From: Amphiscolops sp. MND2022 | Taxonomy: Eukaryota | Direction of reading: 5' to 3' | DNA length: 64,000 nucleotides | Assembly: GCA_964187785.1 (NCBI GenBank) | Contig: OZ076413.1 | Span: forward strand, 37,944,001-38,008,000 | Shown here: positions 38,536-49,778 of the stretch, in pieces | Layout of the letters: each line of letters starts with the position of its first letter | Position numbering within the stretch: position 1 is the first letter of the stretch | Notes under the pieces: generated by a model | What the model was told of the DNA's origin: nothing | Databases searched by the model: none | Seen by the model: only the letters and a program-made list of their open reading frames with translations | Made by a program: the position numbers and the translations under genes

Positions 38536-38730
38536 CTATTGGCTGTATTGAACTGGAATTTGATTGGCTTGTTTTATGCATTTTTAGTCACGTGACTGCA
38601 TGTAAACTGTTTCCGACGCTTTGATTATTTTACGATTTGAATCGCCCTCTCAAAACGGTTACCATAGCAACAAAGTAAACAAGTTAAACGAGCTTGAATA
38701 ACGTGTAGCCTTCGCGATGTAGCCAATACG
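38536..38730. promoter_or_regulatory. Promoter-like cluster: CCAAT boxes, palindromic E-box, RFX X-box
   Basis: ATTGG at 38538 and 38563, GTCACGTGAC at 38587-38596, GTTACCATAGCAAC at 38658-38671, and AGCCAAT at ~38721. Confidence 0.45.
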
Positions 38731-39209
38731 GTGTCCATTCAGTAAACAGAAACCACTGCATGCAGAAATCAAAATTAGATTCTAATTTCAAAAGAACTGC
38801 GCTTCAGAAGTAACGGCGTGAAATAATGCTTGGAACACTAGATCCAGCCATGTCAATTTAAAATGATACCTTTCCACTAAAAGGAAATGAATTTTTTAAT
38901 TCAGATGAGTTGATGGATCTTTTTTGTTCCCCTCATTTGTCCTACCACAACACCCTATGTTATTTGCTCTTATGTGGGGTCGTTTCTGATAATCCCCCAG
39001 TATTTTGATACAATTAGGCGGTGAAGAGAAGTTATTATTGATTTGATAGTAACAACCAATCAAATTGCAGTATTTCTAACTGTAACTGCAACTGAAACTT
39101 ATCGCTGATAGTGGTGGGGAAGTAAAATTTCTGCGCTTGCTGTGGGGGGAAGGGGGGGGGGCGTGTAATTAACAGAAAAGGTCCCTTACGTTATTTGGGA
39201 ATCCTTCGA

Positions 39210-39667
39210 AAATCTCGTCGTCTCTGATTAGCTTCGCATAACCATTTGAAGTTCGACTATAAGTTGCGTTTTTAAACCAATTGTCAATTTGATGAACTGT
39301 GGCTTTTGATTAGTTTTCAAAGTAAGTCAACTACCTTCACGAGAGAAAACAACTATCAAGCCATATGAAAGAAATGTTTTACTTTTGTTAACTGGCATGA
39401 ATTGATTACTGGTATGATCTGCGAAAAAATTCAGTTCCAAAAAATCTCGTCATCTCAGATTAGCTTCGCATAACAATTTGAAGTTCGACTTTAAAGTTGC
39501 GTTTTTAAACCAATTGTCAATTTGGTGTATTGTGGCTTTTGATTAATTTCCAAAGTAAGTGAACTACCTTCACGAGAGAAAACAACTATCAAGCCAGATG
39601 AAAGAAATGTTTTACTTTTGTTGACTGGCATGATTTGATTACTGGTATGATCTGCGAATAAATTCAG
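39210..39667 (+). repeat. ~230-bp tandem duplication
   Basis: 39210-39435 and ~39440-39667 are about 90% identical, each ending in two ACTGG(C/T)ATGA motifs. Confidence 0.85.
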
Positions 39668-42399
39668 ATTCAAATGAAGCATCAAAATTTGAACCACGAT
39701 CGGGCCCAAAAAGTTTTCATTTGACTCTAATTCATTCAATAATCACTAATTGCTAATCATTTCTGATTTTTTTCTTATGATTTTCCAAATATCCTACGGA
39801 AATTTTATTGCGTTAATATTTCACTGTCGTCGCCAAATTTTATCCAGCTGCTTTAAAGAATCATGAAAGTTTTGGCGGCAATTTCTTGCCGCGAAGTTCT
39901 GCAAGTTTCAATATGATATGCATCAGTTCTAATTTTAAATGCAGCTGAGGTCTCAACAATTGTGTCGCCATTTTGTTGCAAAGTAAATTCATTCACAATG
40001 TAAACAGCAAACTAGCGTCATCGTCAGCGTCCAATTTGAGAAGCGGTGATTAATTCAGATAAGTAGTAGTAGAAATCAATGTGTGAATACAGCGTGATCG
40101 TGTCCGTAAAAGAAGTGGGAAATATTTTCAAATTTATTTGCTGTAGTGGGAAATGCAGTGGAATTCTTCAAGATTTACCACCGGAACCTCACTGAATTTT
40201 CTAGGTTTTATAAAAAACGTTACGCTGCATGCAGGCTTGCAGCATGTGAAAAGTTCCTGCAGTCTCAACTAGGAATTCAGTATATATTTTTCAATAAATT
40301 TGTATAGATTTTCAAACGTATATATAAGTGTCCAATGTCTCAGCATAATGGGGATGATGGCGCAGTTGATAATTCCTGTGGGTATTCGAAGCTAAACGTG
40401 TTTATTAGTACCTCCGGATTGTTCCCCGCCAACATCCCACTGGCTAGGCAATTCTTTGCAGACAACCCTCAGAAGATTCCCTTCATATCAAAAGACATCG
40501 TCGTTGTTCCTCTTAACGACAATAGGAAAGGCCCATATCGAAGGACCACTGCACCACTGCGTCTGTTTTGATGTCCAATTTTCGATCTTACCAAGTCTCG
40601 GATAAAGTCAGATAAAAATAAATTGGTGAAATACACATGAAATGAATTCATGTGGAATTAATTTTTAAACCTAAGTTCAGTAATTGAAATTGAATTCAAG
40701 TTATATGAATTTTGTTTACAGGCATGGTCAGGTTTTGTCATTGTGAAAATTCAAATTCAAACGATGAATGAATGAGTTTTGATTACTGGTATGATCAGAT
40801 TGAATTTGAATTCACATGATTACATGTGAGTTTATTCGCAGATCTTACCAGTAATCCAATCTAATCTTGCCAGTGTTTCAAAAAGAACTTCATTTTGATT
40901 TCAAATCACTTAGAATTCAATACTAATCATCATTCAATACTGATGTTCTATTGATGTTCAATACTGGCATCAACTAAAACATCAAGCGTTAAAGTGACAC
41001 ATTATATCAACACACGCGTGTTAATACATGTAAAATATTACGTTGCCATGTTTAACATTTTGCGTATATTCAATCTGATCACACCAGCCATCAAAATTCA
41101 TTTATTCGCTTCTGATGCAAAATAAGTTCAGATGATTGAAAGTTTTCCATCCTATCGCTGTGAAAAGGAAAAACAACGATCAACTACTGATTTCTTTTTT
41201 CATATCAAAAAAGGATGCAGTGGATCTTCATATATGCCTTCCTATCTCTCTGAAAGGGAATAACAACGATCAAGAACTGATTTCTTTTATCACATCAAAA
41301 TGGGATGCAGTAGCGCAGTGGACCTCCAATTATGCCTTCGGATCGCTGTGAAGTGGAACGATGTCTTCTGCCAAATCGATATGGGGGTATTACAGAGTCT
41401 GTATAGAGTCACCGAGCAGTGCGTATGTTAGGAGATCGATCCGGCGGTAGACAACGGTGCTAGATTCACTTCATACCCAAATGAAGTTTCAACTGCGCCA
41501 CCATCCCCAACATGACGTTGCATTGCAAACATATTTAAACTCACACAACTTTATCTTTCGTCGTTCTGACTGTTCAACTTGAATTGTATAAAATTTAGTA
41601 ATTGAATTGTATAATGTTTTCAACAGTTCTAAGTAACGGTTGCATTTTAAACAGCATTACAATCACGCTTGTATTACTACAAATCTTCACTCCAATGCGT
41701 TAATGTTTCAGTAATCACAAAAATCCAAACCATATTGTTTATGTTTAAAAACAACATAAACATGAACGCGCTGCTTGACGTTCACTTCGTTCTATCGGAA
41801 GGTGCTATTTGGTTTGTGTGTGTGTGGTTGGGGCTCTGTGGGTCATTCGTATCAAGGTGTAACGGATGGGTTGTGGGGGGTGTATATGTGGTGTATATGT
41901 GCATACAATTAGTATCACTGTAGCTATTCAAAAAGTTGGTTTTCAAGCCTTTTAGCTTCAAATAACACGAAACTGAAATTACTTTCATTTAACATAAAAA
42001 CAAAACTGATAACCCGGTAAAAATTTTTATTTGTAATTTCGTGACAACTTAAACTTTCTCGTCTACAATTTTTGTTTTGTGAAACTGTTTTCCATCAATT
42101 TTGTCGGGCACAAATAACTGCTGAGATTACAAATCTCAACGAAAAACTACTTTTCCCAGTATAATCTAGTTTTAAAGAGGCTCTCAGTTAGGGGATCACA
42201 TAGTGTCGCCCATAACAAGACCCACGCCGAGAACGTGGCCTCTGAAGGATCTCAAAAATTGTAAATACATCTAACTAACAAAACTTCAACCCAGTGGTGT
42301 GTTGGAAAATGAACACAAGGTCCAGTTTATGTTTAAACATTTTGCTTACTGGCATGATCAGTAAGCAATTAGTTCAAATGATTAAACTCTAAATTAACA

Positions 42400-42900
42400 T
42401 AATTAGTTAGTTACACTAAGTGACTAGAATTATTTTGCGTGCATGTGTCATCCAATATAAACTTTACTGTATGTATGTATGTCTGTGTTAATGTACGTAT
42501 GCGGTAGTTGTTTAATCGCGTAATTCAGTCAAAGTTAATGGGTAATTTAGTCAAAGTAATTTAACGCCAAGCAACTATTCAATGTAAATTGATGTGTTTG
42601 AAGTAAATATTAAATTGCCGTAAACTAGTCAAACTTTGACTAATTTACACTTTTTGGTAGTTTTGTAAATGAATACTCCTCAAAAGTGAACTTTAATCAA
42701 ACTTTGACTAACTTACCCCTTACTACAATAGCTTGTAAATTTTGACTGTTTTTCACCATTTACTAACTACGCATTTTGACTAGAATTCACCGCGTTCATT
42801 TTACACTTTGCTGCACCACTACATCAATGGATTACTACAGTCTTTGACAATTTTACAGTATTTGACCTTTTTAACCTGAAATACTATTTTCACTAAGTGA
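42400..42900 (+). repeat. TTTGACTAA-rich dispersed repeat
   Basis: Same start and unit type as 16372-16620. Confidence 0.55.
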
Positions 42901-43229
42901 TCATTTTCGACTTTTGCGGGACATGTATCGCAATGACTGCCCGTAGTCGGCCCAAACGCCCCTCTAAACGCACCCGCAAGGCGATAAAGAACACGTTGTC
43001 TGCAGCCAACGGGTAAACTACCCCCACACCGCGCGTTGCAGCTGTGTCCGGACGTAATAGACCGGTTGACGCTGCAACCCGCTTCCCCCTTTCCTTTCTG
43101 TGCTGTATCCGAGCTTCACTGCTCGGTTGATGCTCAGAAGGAACTCCCTCGAAAACAGCAGCGTGTCTTTTTTACTCTGCCGCACACCGCGCGACTGTCT
43201 TTGTTTTAGCTAACAAAAAAACAGGCAAG

Positions 43230-46200
43230 ATGACAGATTCCCAACAAGAAAAAGTACAAAAACTCCACGAAAATCGATTGAAGTCGCAGACTGAATTAAA
43301 TACCCTCCAACAGAAGATACTCGACTCCAATACAAATGGAGATTGAAGGGTGCGAGTTGAACATCTTGTCAAAGAAACAGAAAATGCAATGACGATAGCT
43401 TTCAACAGAAACGAACAGTTGATTACGCTTGCATTTAAAACTTCTGACTCGGAAGAAATTCCAGCCGACTTAGAAAAATGGTTGAGTGAAGTCACTGAGC
43501 AAAACGACAAAGTTTTGAGAAAAGCTCGTGAATACATCGACAGTTGCCACGGATCCGATGTAAAGTCCCACTCATCAGTCGGCACAGTCAACAAAAGCGC
43601 ATCCAAAAGATCATCAACTTCTGGTAAAACGAAAACGTCGAGTCAAAGGCAGAAAGATCTTCTTCTAGCAACCCACCGTCGAGAGGAACTAGAACGACAA
43701 AACGCGAAGGCCATTCGTTTGGCTAAACAGAAACAAGTAGTTGCACGAAAGCAAGTTTAACGCGAAAAAGAGCGTTTGCAAGAAGAACAAGCTCTCCAAT
43801 TACAAGAACTGGAAGAAGAAAACAGACGAAAACTTGCTGAAGCCAAGCTCACTGAATTAGAGTTGATTGACGTCTTGTCTCAAGCGACTGACCAATTTCA
43901 TGAAACTCTGTCTCGGATTAGTAAACACCCGAAGGAAACCACGTCCCAGAGAGTGTCTGCCTGGGTTAGTGAAGTTAATGAACCTGAGAGTGTTTCAAAT
44001 CAACCGCAGACCAATACAATTGATTTCAACAACATAGCTGGATAGTTCAACACCCACCGCTCCCCTTTCCGAATCGAACGACGTTATTCAAATGAGACAA
44101 GCAACGCTTCCGGTGCGACCTTCAGCTGATGTCAATATTGGGGCGGGACAAAGCCTGATTCCCCCAATCGGGATTTTGCCTGTTCCTACCAATCGGAGGC
44201 CAAACAGTATCCACCATCACTTGCTGCGGTTAACCCCCGCTAATTCGCCAACTACCACCCGTGAACACCACATCCAACACTTTTTTCCTTGACAGCTCCA
44301 GTGGTAAATCAGCAACCTCTGATTTCGTTTCTGCAAGTACGGCCGTCTGCCACTCCTGGTTCGACCATGCCTCAAGTCAAAATACCGACAAGTGACGTCC
44401 TACCGAACTAGTCAGCCTGGACATTTCCGGCTCCGAGTAGCGTCCCCACAGTACTTGCTACAGTTCCGCAGCCTGTTACGTTACCGAACACAATTGCAGC
44501 ACCGATCGTGATAATATCGGGGATGTTTACACCAGTTGTACCGATTCAAAGCGGAGCAAGAACTTTCGTTTGTAATCCTCTTGCAACAGCAACCCCATCA
44601 ATGACTTTCCCGATTCCACAGTCTACAAGATCCCAAGTGAACGTTCCTTTTCCGACGTTTCCGACTACAGTTCAGTCAACCATCCCCCCTGCAACACCAA
44701 ATGCAGTTACTGTCCAAGATCTTGCACAACTACTGACTGCTGCCAAAAAAAACCATCTCTCTGAGTGGAAATTAGAGCAATATAACGGAGACCCACTGCA
44801 ATGGCACGAGTGGATTTGTTTAATTTAGAAGTGCAATTGACTCCGCGCCACTCTCGAATGATGTAAAGCTCACGTACTTGAAAACGCTTGTAACTGGCAA
44901 GGCCAAGACAGCGATTGTCGAGTTTGCTTATTGCGGCACAATGTATCAAGAAGCGTTTAAGACTCTCGAGCGTGAAATTAGCCAGCCACACGCAGTTGTA
45001 GGCGCTCACTTGGACAAACTAAGTGGCTTCCCATCATTGAAAATGCACAACAGTGAGAACGTGATTGCTTTCAATGCAACAATTTTGGCGTTGGTAGGCG
45101 TTTTTTGCTCCTTGAAGTACGAACACGACTTGTCGAGTGCGGCACTTTCGGGACAAGCAGTACAGAAACTTCCCCCGAACATGAAGGAAGTTGGTCCATG
45201 CACACTGGCAAGAAAGATTGGACCCGACCGACGCTCTTGGATTTTAACGAATGGTTGAAAGATAAGGCCGAAGCACAAAACGAAGGTTTCAACCACAAAA
45301 CCCAAGAGCGAAGACAGTGCGCAATCCGTAACTCGAACGAAAACTGGTGCAAAAGTTTTTGCCGCTGAAAGCTCTAGTGCATCTTCAAACAGAACCTGAA
45401 CCAAGCCTAACCGAGTGCAACTAAACTGTATTGTGTGCAAAGACAACCATCCACTGTTTCGTGATAAAACGGGGACCGACAGAGCAAAGATTGTTGCCGA
45501 AAACAAACTTTGTTTCTCCTGTCTGAAAGGAAACCATTCTTTCTGACAATGTCCGCACCCACGCAAGTGCAACAAAGATGAATGTAACAGCTCTCATAAC
45601 ACCCTGCTACATGGCGCAGAGAGTGTTTTTCAACCAAGAACGACACCGAAACTGTCCACTAACCAAGCAACTGGATCGCGTAGCCCCAAAACAACTGTGA
45701 ATAAAGCAGAAGAAAGCTACGGGGTTTGTGAAAGGACTTCTCCAGGTAACTGAAGTAGAAGTTCTTACGTCAACTTCTTCTGTCAAGGTATTAGCCCTGT
45801 GTGTGTGTGACTCCGCCTGCAGTCACTCTTGGAACTCTGAAGATCTAGCAACCAAGTTGAACGTAAAGGGCTTACCGACCAAACTAACTGTTCATGGTAT
45901 CAATTTGCAACAATTTGTTGACACGCAAATAGTTCAGTTTAAGCTGACACCTGTTCATTCGGGTGGTTCTTGCTCTACTTTTGATGTCAAACCTTACGTC
46001 AGAAAAACCTTGAATGTTGGAAATGATGTCATTGATGTGACCCATTGAAACAACAGTACCCTCACTTGGAGCACATTGCTCTGAGAAGGTACAGTTATAG
46101 AGACGTCAAAATGATACTGGGTCAATCCGCCCGTTGGAGTATTTTGAATCCGACCGAAAAAATACTTTATTGCCGTCCGATTACCGTTGGGTTGGGTTTT

Positions 46201-49200
46201 GAGTGGACCTCTGCTTTCGACTTCGGGACTCGTTTCGACTTGTTTCAAAGATGTCACGCAAAGTGAGAGTGACTCCAATTTGGCCGATCAACTTCGGATT
46301 TGGTATGAAATGGAGTCTTTTGCTGCAATGAAACAAGTAGACCCGCGCTCTGTTGCCGATGCTAGAGCGTCGAAAATTTTGCAAGAAACAACATACTATG
46401 ACGGATGTTGATACCAAGTAGGTATGTTGTGGGCTGATGACGATAGTAGTCTCCCGAACAACTACTTTTCAGCCTTAGTGCAATTGAAATCCCTCGAACG
46501 CCGACTCGAAAAATCTCCTGAACGAAAAGCGAGTTACTCTCAGACCATTGAGGACAACCTCGACAAGGAATATATTTTTCAAGTCGAAGACTTAGACTGT
46601 TTTAGAGTTGACAACCCGCGTGAGTGGTATGTATTGCACCACCCAGTGTTTCACCCTCACAAGCCAGGAAAAGTACGCAGTGTACTCAATGGTGCAGCGA
46701 TATTTCATGGTGTTTCACTGATCAGCAAACTTTTAACTTGTCCTGACTTGTTGCAAACGTTAATCCATGTGCTCAGGCAATTAGAACAACATAACATCTC
46801 TACGCCGTATCCGCTGACATCGAGGGTATGTTTTTACTAGTTGGTGTAATTCCTGAGGACCGACCGTCTCTTCGTTTTCTGTGGCGGGAGGACCCAGCAA
46901 CAGACGTCGCTGTGTACCAATACGTACGTCACATTTTCGGTTCGAAGGATTCACCAACGTGTGCCAACTTCGCGCTACAACAGCCTGCTCGTGACAATCG
47001 AATCCAATTCCCTGAAGCTGCTTACAGTGTGGAAAAACATTTTTACATAGATGATTATTTAGAGTCAAGCCCAACCGTCAACGAAGCAACCAAGAAGGCT
47101 CAAGTCTTGTTGAAACGTTAGCCAGAGGTGGTGTCAATCTAACCAAGTTCGTGAACAATGTACCAAGTTTGCTCAACAGCGTCGACCCGACATCTCAACT
47201 GCCTACCGAATCGACCGAGAAAGTCTTAGCAACAAACCAAGAGACTTCTCACTTATTGGGCTTGAAATGGAACCACAGTCGTGACACTTTGTTTGTCAGC
47301 AAAGGAACTACACCTGACTTCAACCGACTTTAAACACAACGTGTTGTCCTTAGCTTTGTGTCCGCAGTGTATGATCCCATTGGTCTTGTCGCGCCATACA
47401 CTGTAACTGCCCGCCTTTTTTTGATAGACATTTGACGCCTGAGCGGGCAACAATGGGACAACAATCTGCCTGACGACGTGAGCGAGAATTTTGTTGAATG
47501 GACCGCAGAGCTTCCGCAGTTGAGTGAGATAACAATTCCGAGATGCTACTTTCGCGGAACTATGGAAAGTGTCTAGTTACACGTGTTCGGAGACAGCTCC
47601 CAAGATATCTTTTCGCTGTTGCTTGCCGTCGTGCGAGAATGGACAGCAACGAAGCGACTGAAACTCAGATAGCCTCTGTCTTTGGAAAATCTCGTGTCGC
47701 TCTGATGAAAGCGCTCACAATCCCGATATTGGAACTCCAGGCGGCGCTCTTAGTTGCCCGACTAAAAAATAAAACTCAGCAAGCACTCACAGTACATGTT
47801 GAGCGAACTTTCATGTGGACCTATAGTACAACTTTTCTTCAATGACTCCATTCCATTGACAAGAAACCCGTATTCGTCGCCAACAGAGTTGCCGAAATTC
47901 TCGAGTTGACGACAGTTGATAAATGGAACCACGTGCCAACAGTCGACAATCCGACGGACGCGGGCACTCGCAGCCTGTCGGTAAACGACTTTTTGGACAG
48001 TCCTTGGCTCAAAAGTCCCAGGTTCTTGATGACTCCTGATTGGCGTTTTCAGCCGTCGGCAGAGATCCTGAAAAGTAAATTAAAGAACTTTGATTCCATT
48101 GAAGTCAATATCGAGCCAGTCTCCTAAGAGTCAACAGCAAACACCGCAAATGTAGGTTCTAATGTCCTAACTCTCGAGTGGCAAAAGAACAGCTCGTACG
48201 AGAAACTTTTGTGCCTTTTAGCCTACATTTTGCGCATTTCACCGATTTCTCTTGCAACAGACCTACAACAGGATTAATAGCTGATCCTGTTGAGCTTGAA
48301 AGTGCTGAGCAGAAACTGTTCTTCTTGGTGCAGTCCGAATCGTTCCCGAACGAAACGAAAAATCTGCTCAGGTCTTGTCCTTTGAGGAAACCGTCAATTT
48401 TAAAAAATTTCTCCCCTTTCATTGGTCCAAACGGCATTATCCGGGCTCAAGGTCGAACAAAACATCTGGAAGTTGCCAACTTAGACGTCAAACAACATTT
48501 CTTAATTGATTGCCGACACTCTGCAGTTCGACTATATCTGGAACATCTCCATAAGAAACACTGCCATCAGGGCGTAGAATACTTGAGAGCCTTGATATAG
48601 CAGAAGTTGGCCATTGTAAAACTGAGAACAACACTGAGGACAATCCAAACCAGATGCGTCGCAAACGCAAAGCGGAAACACTGCCCCCGATAATGGCCCA
48701 TCTGCCAAAAGAACGCCTGGCTTTTGCGTCGCGACCTTTTGCAAATACTGGCTAGGACTACTTCGGCCCTTTCTACGTCTCTGTTAAACGCTCCACAGAG
48801 AAGCGGTGGGCTTTCTCTTCACATGTCTAACAACGCGCCCTGACCATTTCGAAAGTGCCGTTAATGGACACCAGCAGCTGTGTCATGGGAATCGAGAGAT
48901 TTGTTTCCCGTCGGGGCATTCTTCGGTTATCTGGTCAGACAATGGGACCAATTTTGTTGCAACAGAGAAAGAACTACACCCGAACGTTTTAAAGTGGAAT
49001 CGTGGAATCATCAATCAATTGCCGAGTCCATGGTACAGAAAGGTGTCAACTGGAAGTTTAATCCTCCTACTGCTCCACACCATGGCGGTGTCTGGGAAAG
49101 ACTAGTGAGAAGTTTCAAGCATACTTTCTAGGCGATACTCGGCAATAGACGCTTGACCGACGAAATACTAACAACCGTGTTTTGTCTTGTGGAGCAGAGT

Positions 49201-49632
49201 CTCAACGTTCGTGCGCTGGTTCCAGCAAGCGCAGATGCAACTGACTTGGATGACGCCTAACCACTTCTTGCTTGGAACAGCTGGCTCGTCGCTACCGTCC
49301 CATTCTAACTGTGATTTCGACCACCGCAAGCGATTTGCACGCGCCCAAGCCTATTCTGACGCTATCTGGAACAGGTGGCTCAAAGTGGAACCTTTAAATC
49401 GTCGCTCAAAGTGGTCCAGACTGACAGGCAATTGAAAACCGGAGATCTCGTTTGGATCGTAGAACTAACTAGCCCGAGATGCCACTACCCTTTCGCGCGA
49501 GTCGTAAAACTCAACTTTGGCAGCGATGCCTTCGCCCGCTCTGCCGAAAATGAGACCACGTCCGGAAACTTCGTCCGACCAGTCGTGAAACTAGCCCCAG
49601 TCCTTCCTTCCCCCGGTTTACCTGATTCATAA
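43230..49632 (+). pseudogene. BEL/Pao gag-pol, heavily disrupted
   Basis: Gag 'YNGDPLQWHEW..KTLVTGKAKTAI'; protease 'CDSACSHSW'; RT 'WYVLHHPVFHPHKPGKVR', 'FGSKDSPTCANF', 'FYIDDYL'; RNase H 'LHVFGDSS'; integrase 'DYFGPF', 'SDNGTNF', 'WKFNPPTAPHHGGVWERLV', ending 'RPVVKLAPV'. Confidence 0.92.
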
Positions 49633-49778
49633 CATTTGTACTTAGCATTTGTACTTAACCTATTAACCACATGTATCTTTAAAACATATGTATCATGTAT
49701 TTTTGTATCAAATCCATCATGGAAAAAATTGAAGAAAAATTTTTTTTTGTTCCGACCGATCTTCTTGGGCCCGGAGGA

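Larger units (their letters stand above)
16690..42381. mobile_element. Putative giant intron-containing DNA transposon (RAG1-like transposase, YR-SET, ZF-JmjC, unknown ORF), decayed
   Basis: Four genes in a divergent cassette, a shared TGRCATGRTCA motif confined to this interval, and 41-bp direct repeats at 16883 and 42341. Boundaries are inferred from the motif distribution. Confidence 0.6.

Noticed and set aside
18922-42205. Transib/RSS-like heptamers CACTATG (18922) and CATAGTG (42199) as element ends
   Set aside because: Similarity does not extend beyond 7 bp, the 5-bp flanks differ (CACAG versus TCGCC), and the private motif continues outside this interval.
37100-42400. RAG2-like kelch/PHD partner gene for the RAG1-like transposase
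   Set aside because: No kelch repeats or long convergent ORF were found on either strand here or elsewhere in the block.
43172-43606. Long antisense ORFs over retroelements and cassette genes (e.g. 43172-43606, 45006-45575, 24012-24377, 34391-34690 tail, 61726-62106)
   Set aside because: They are shadows of coding sequence on the opposite strand or read-through into introns, with no independent motifs.
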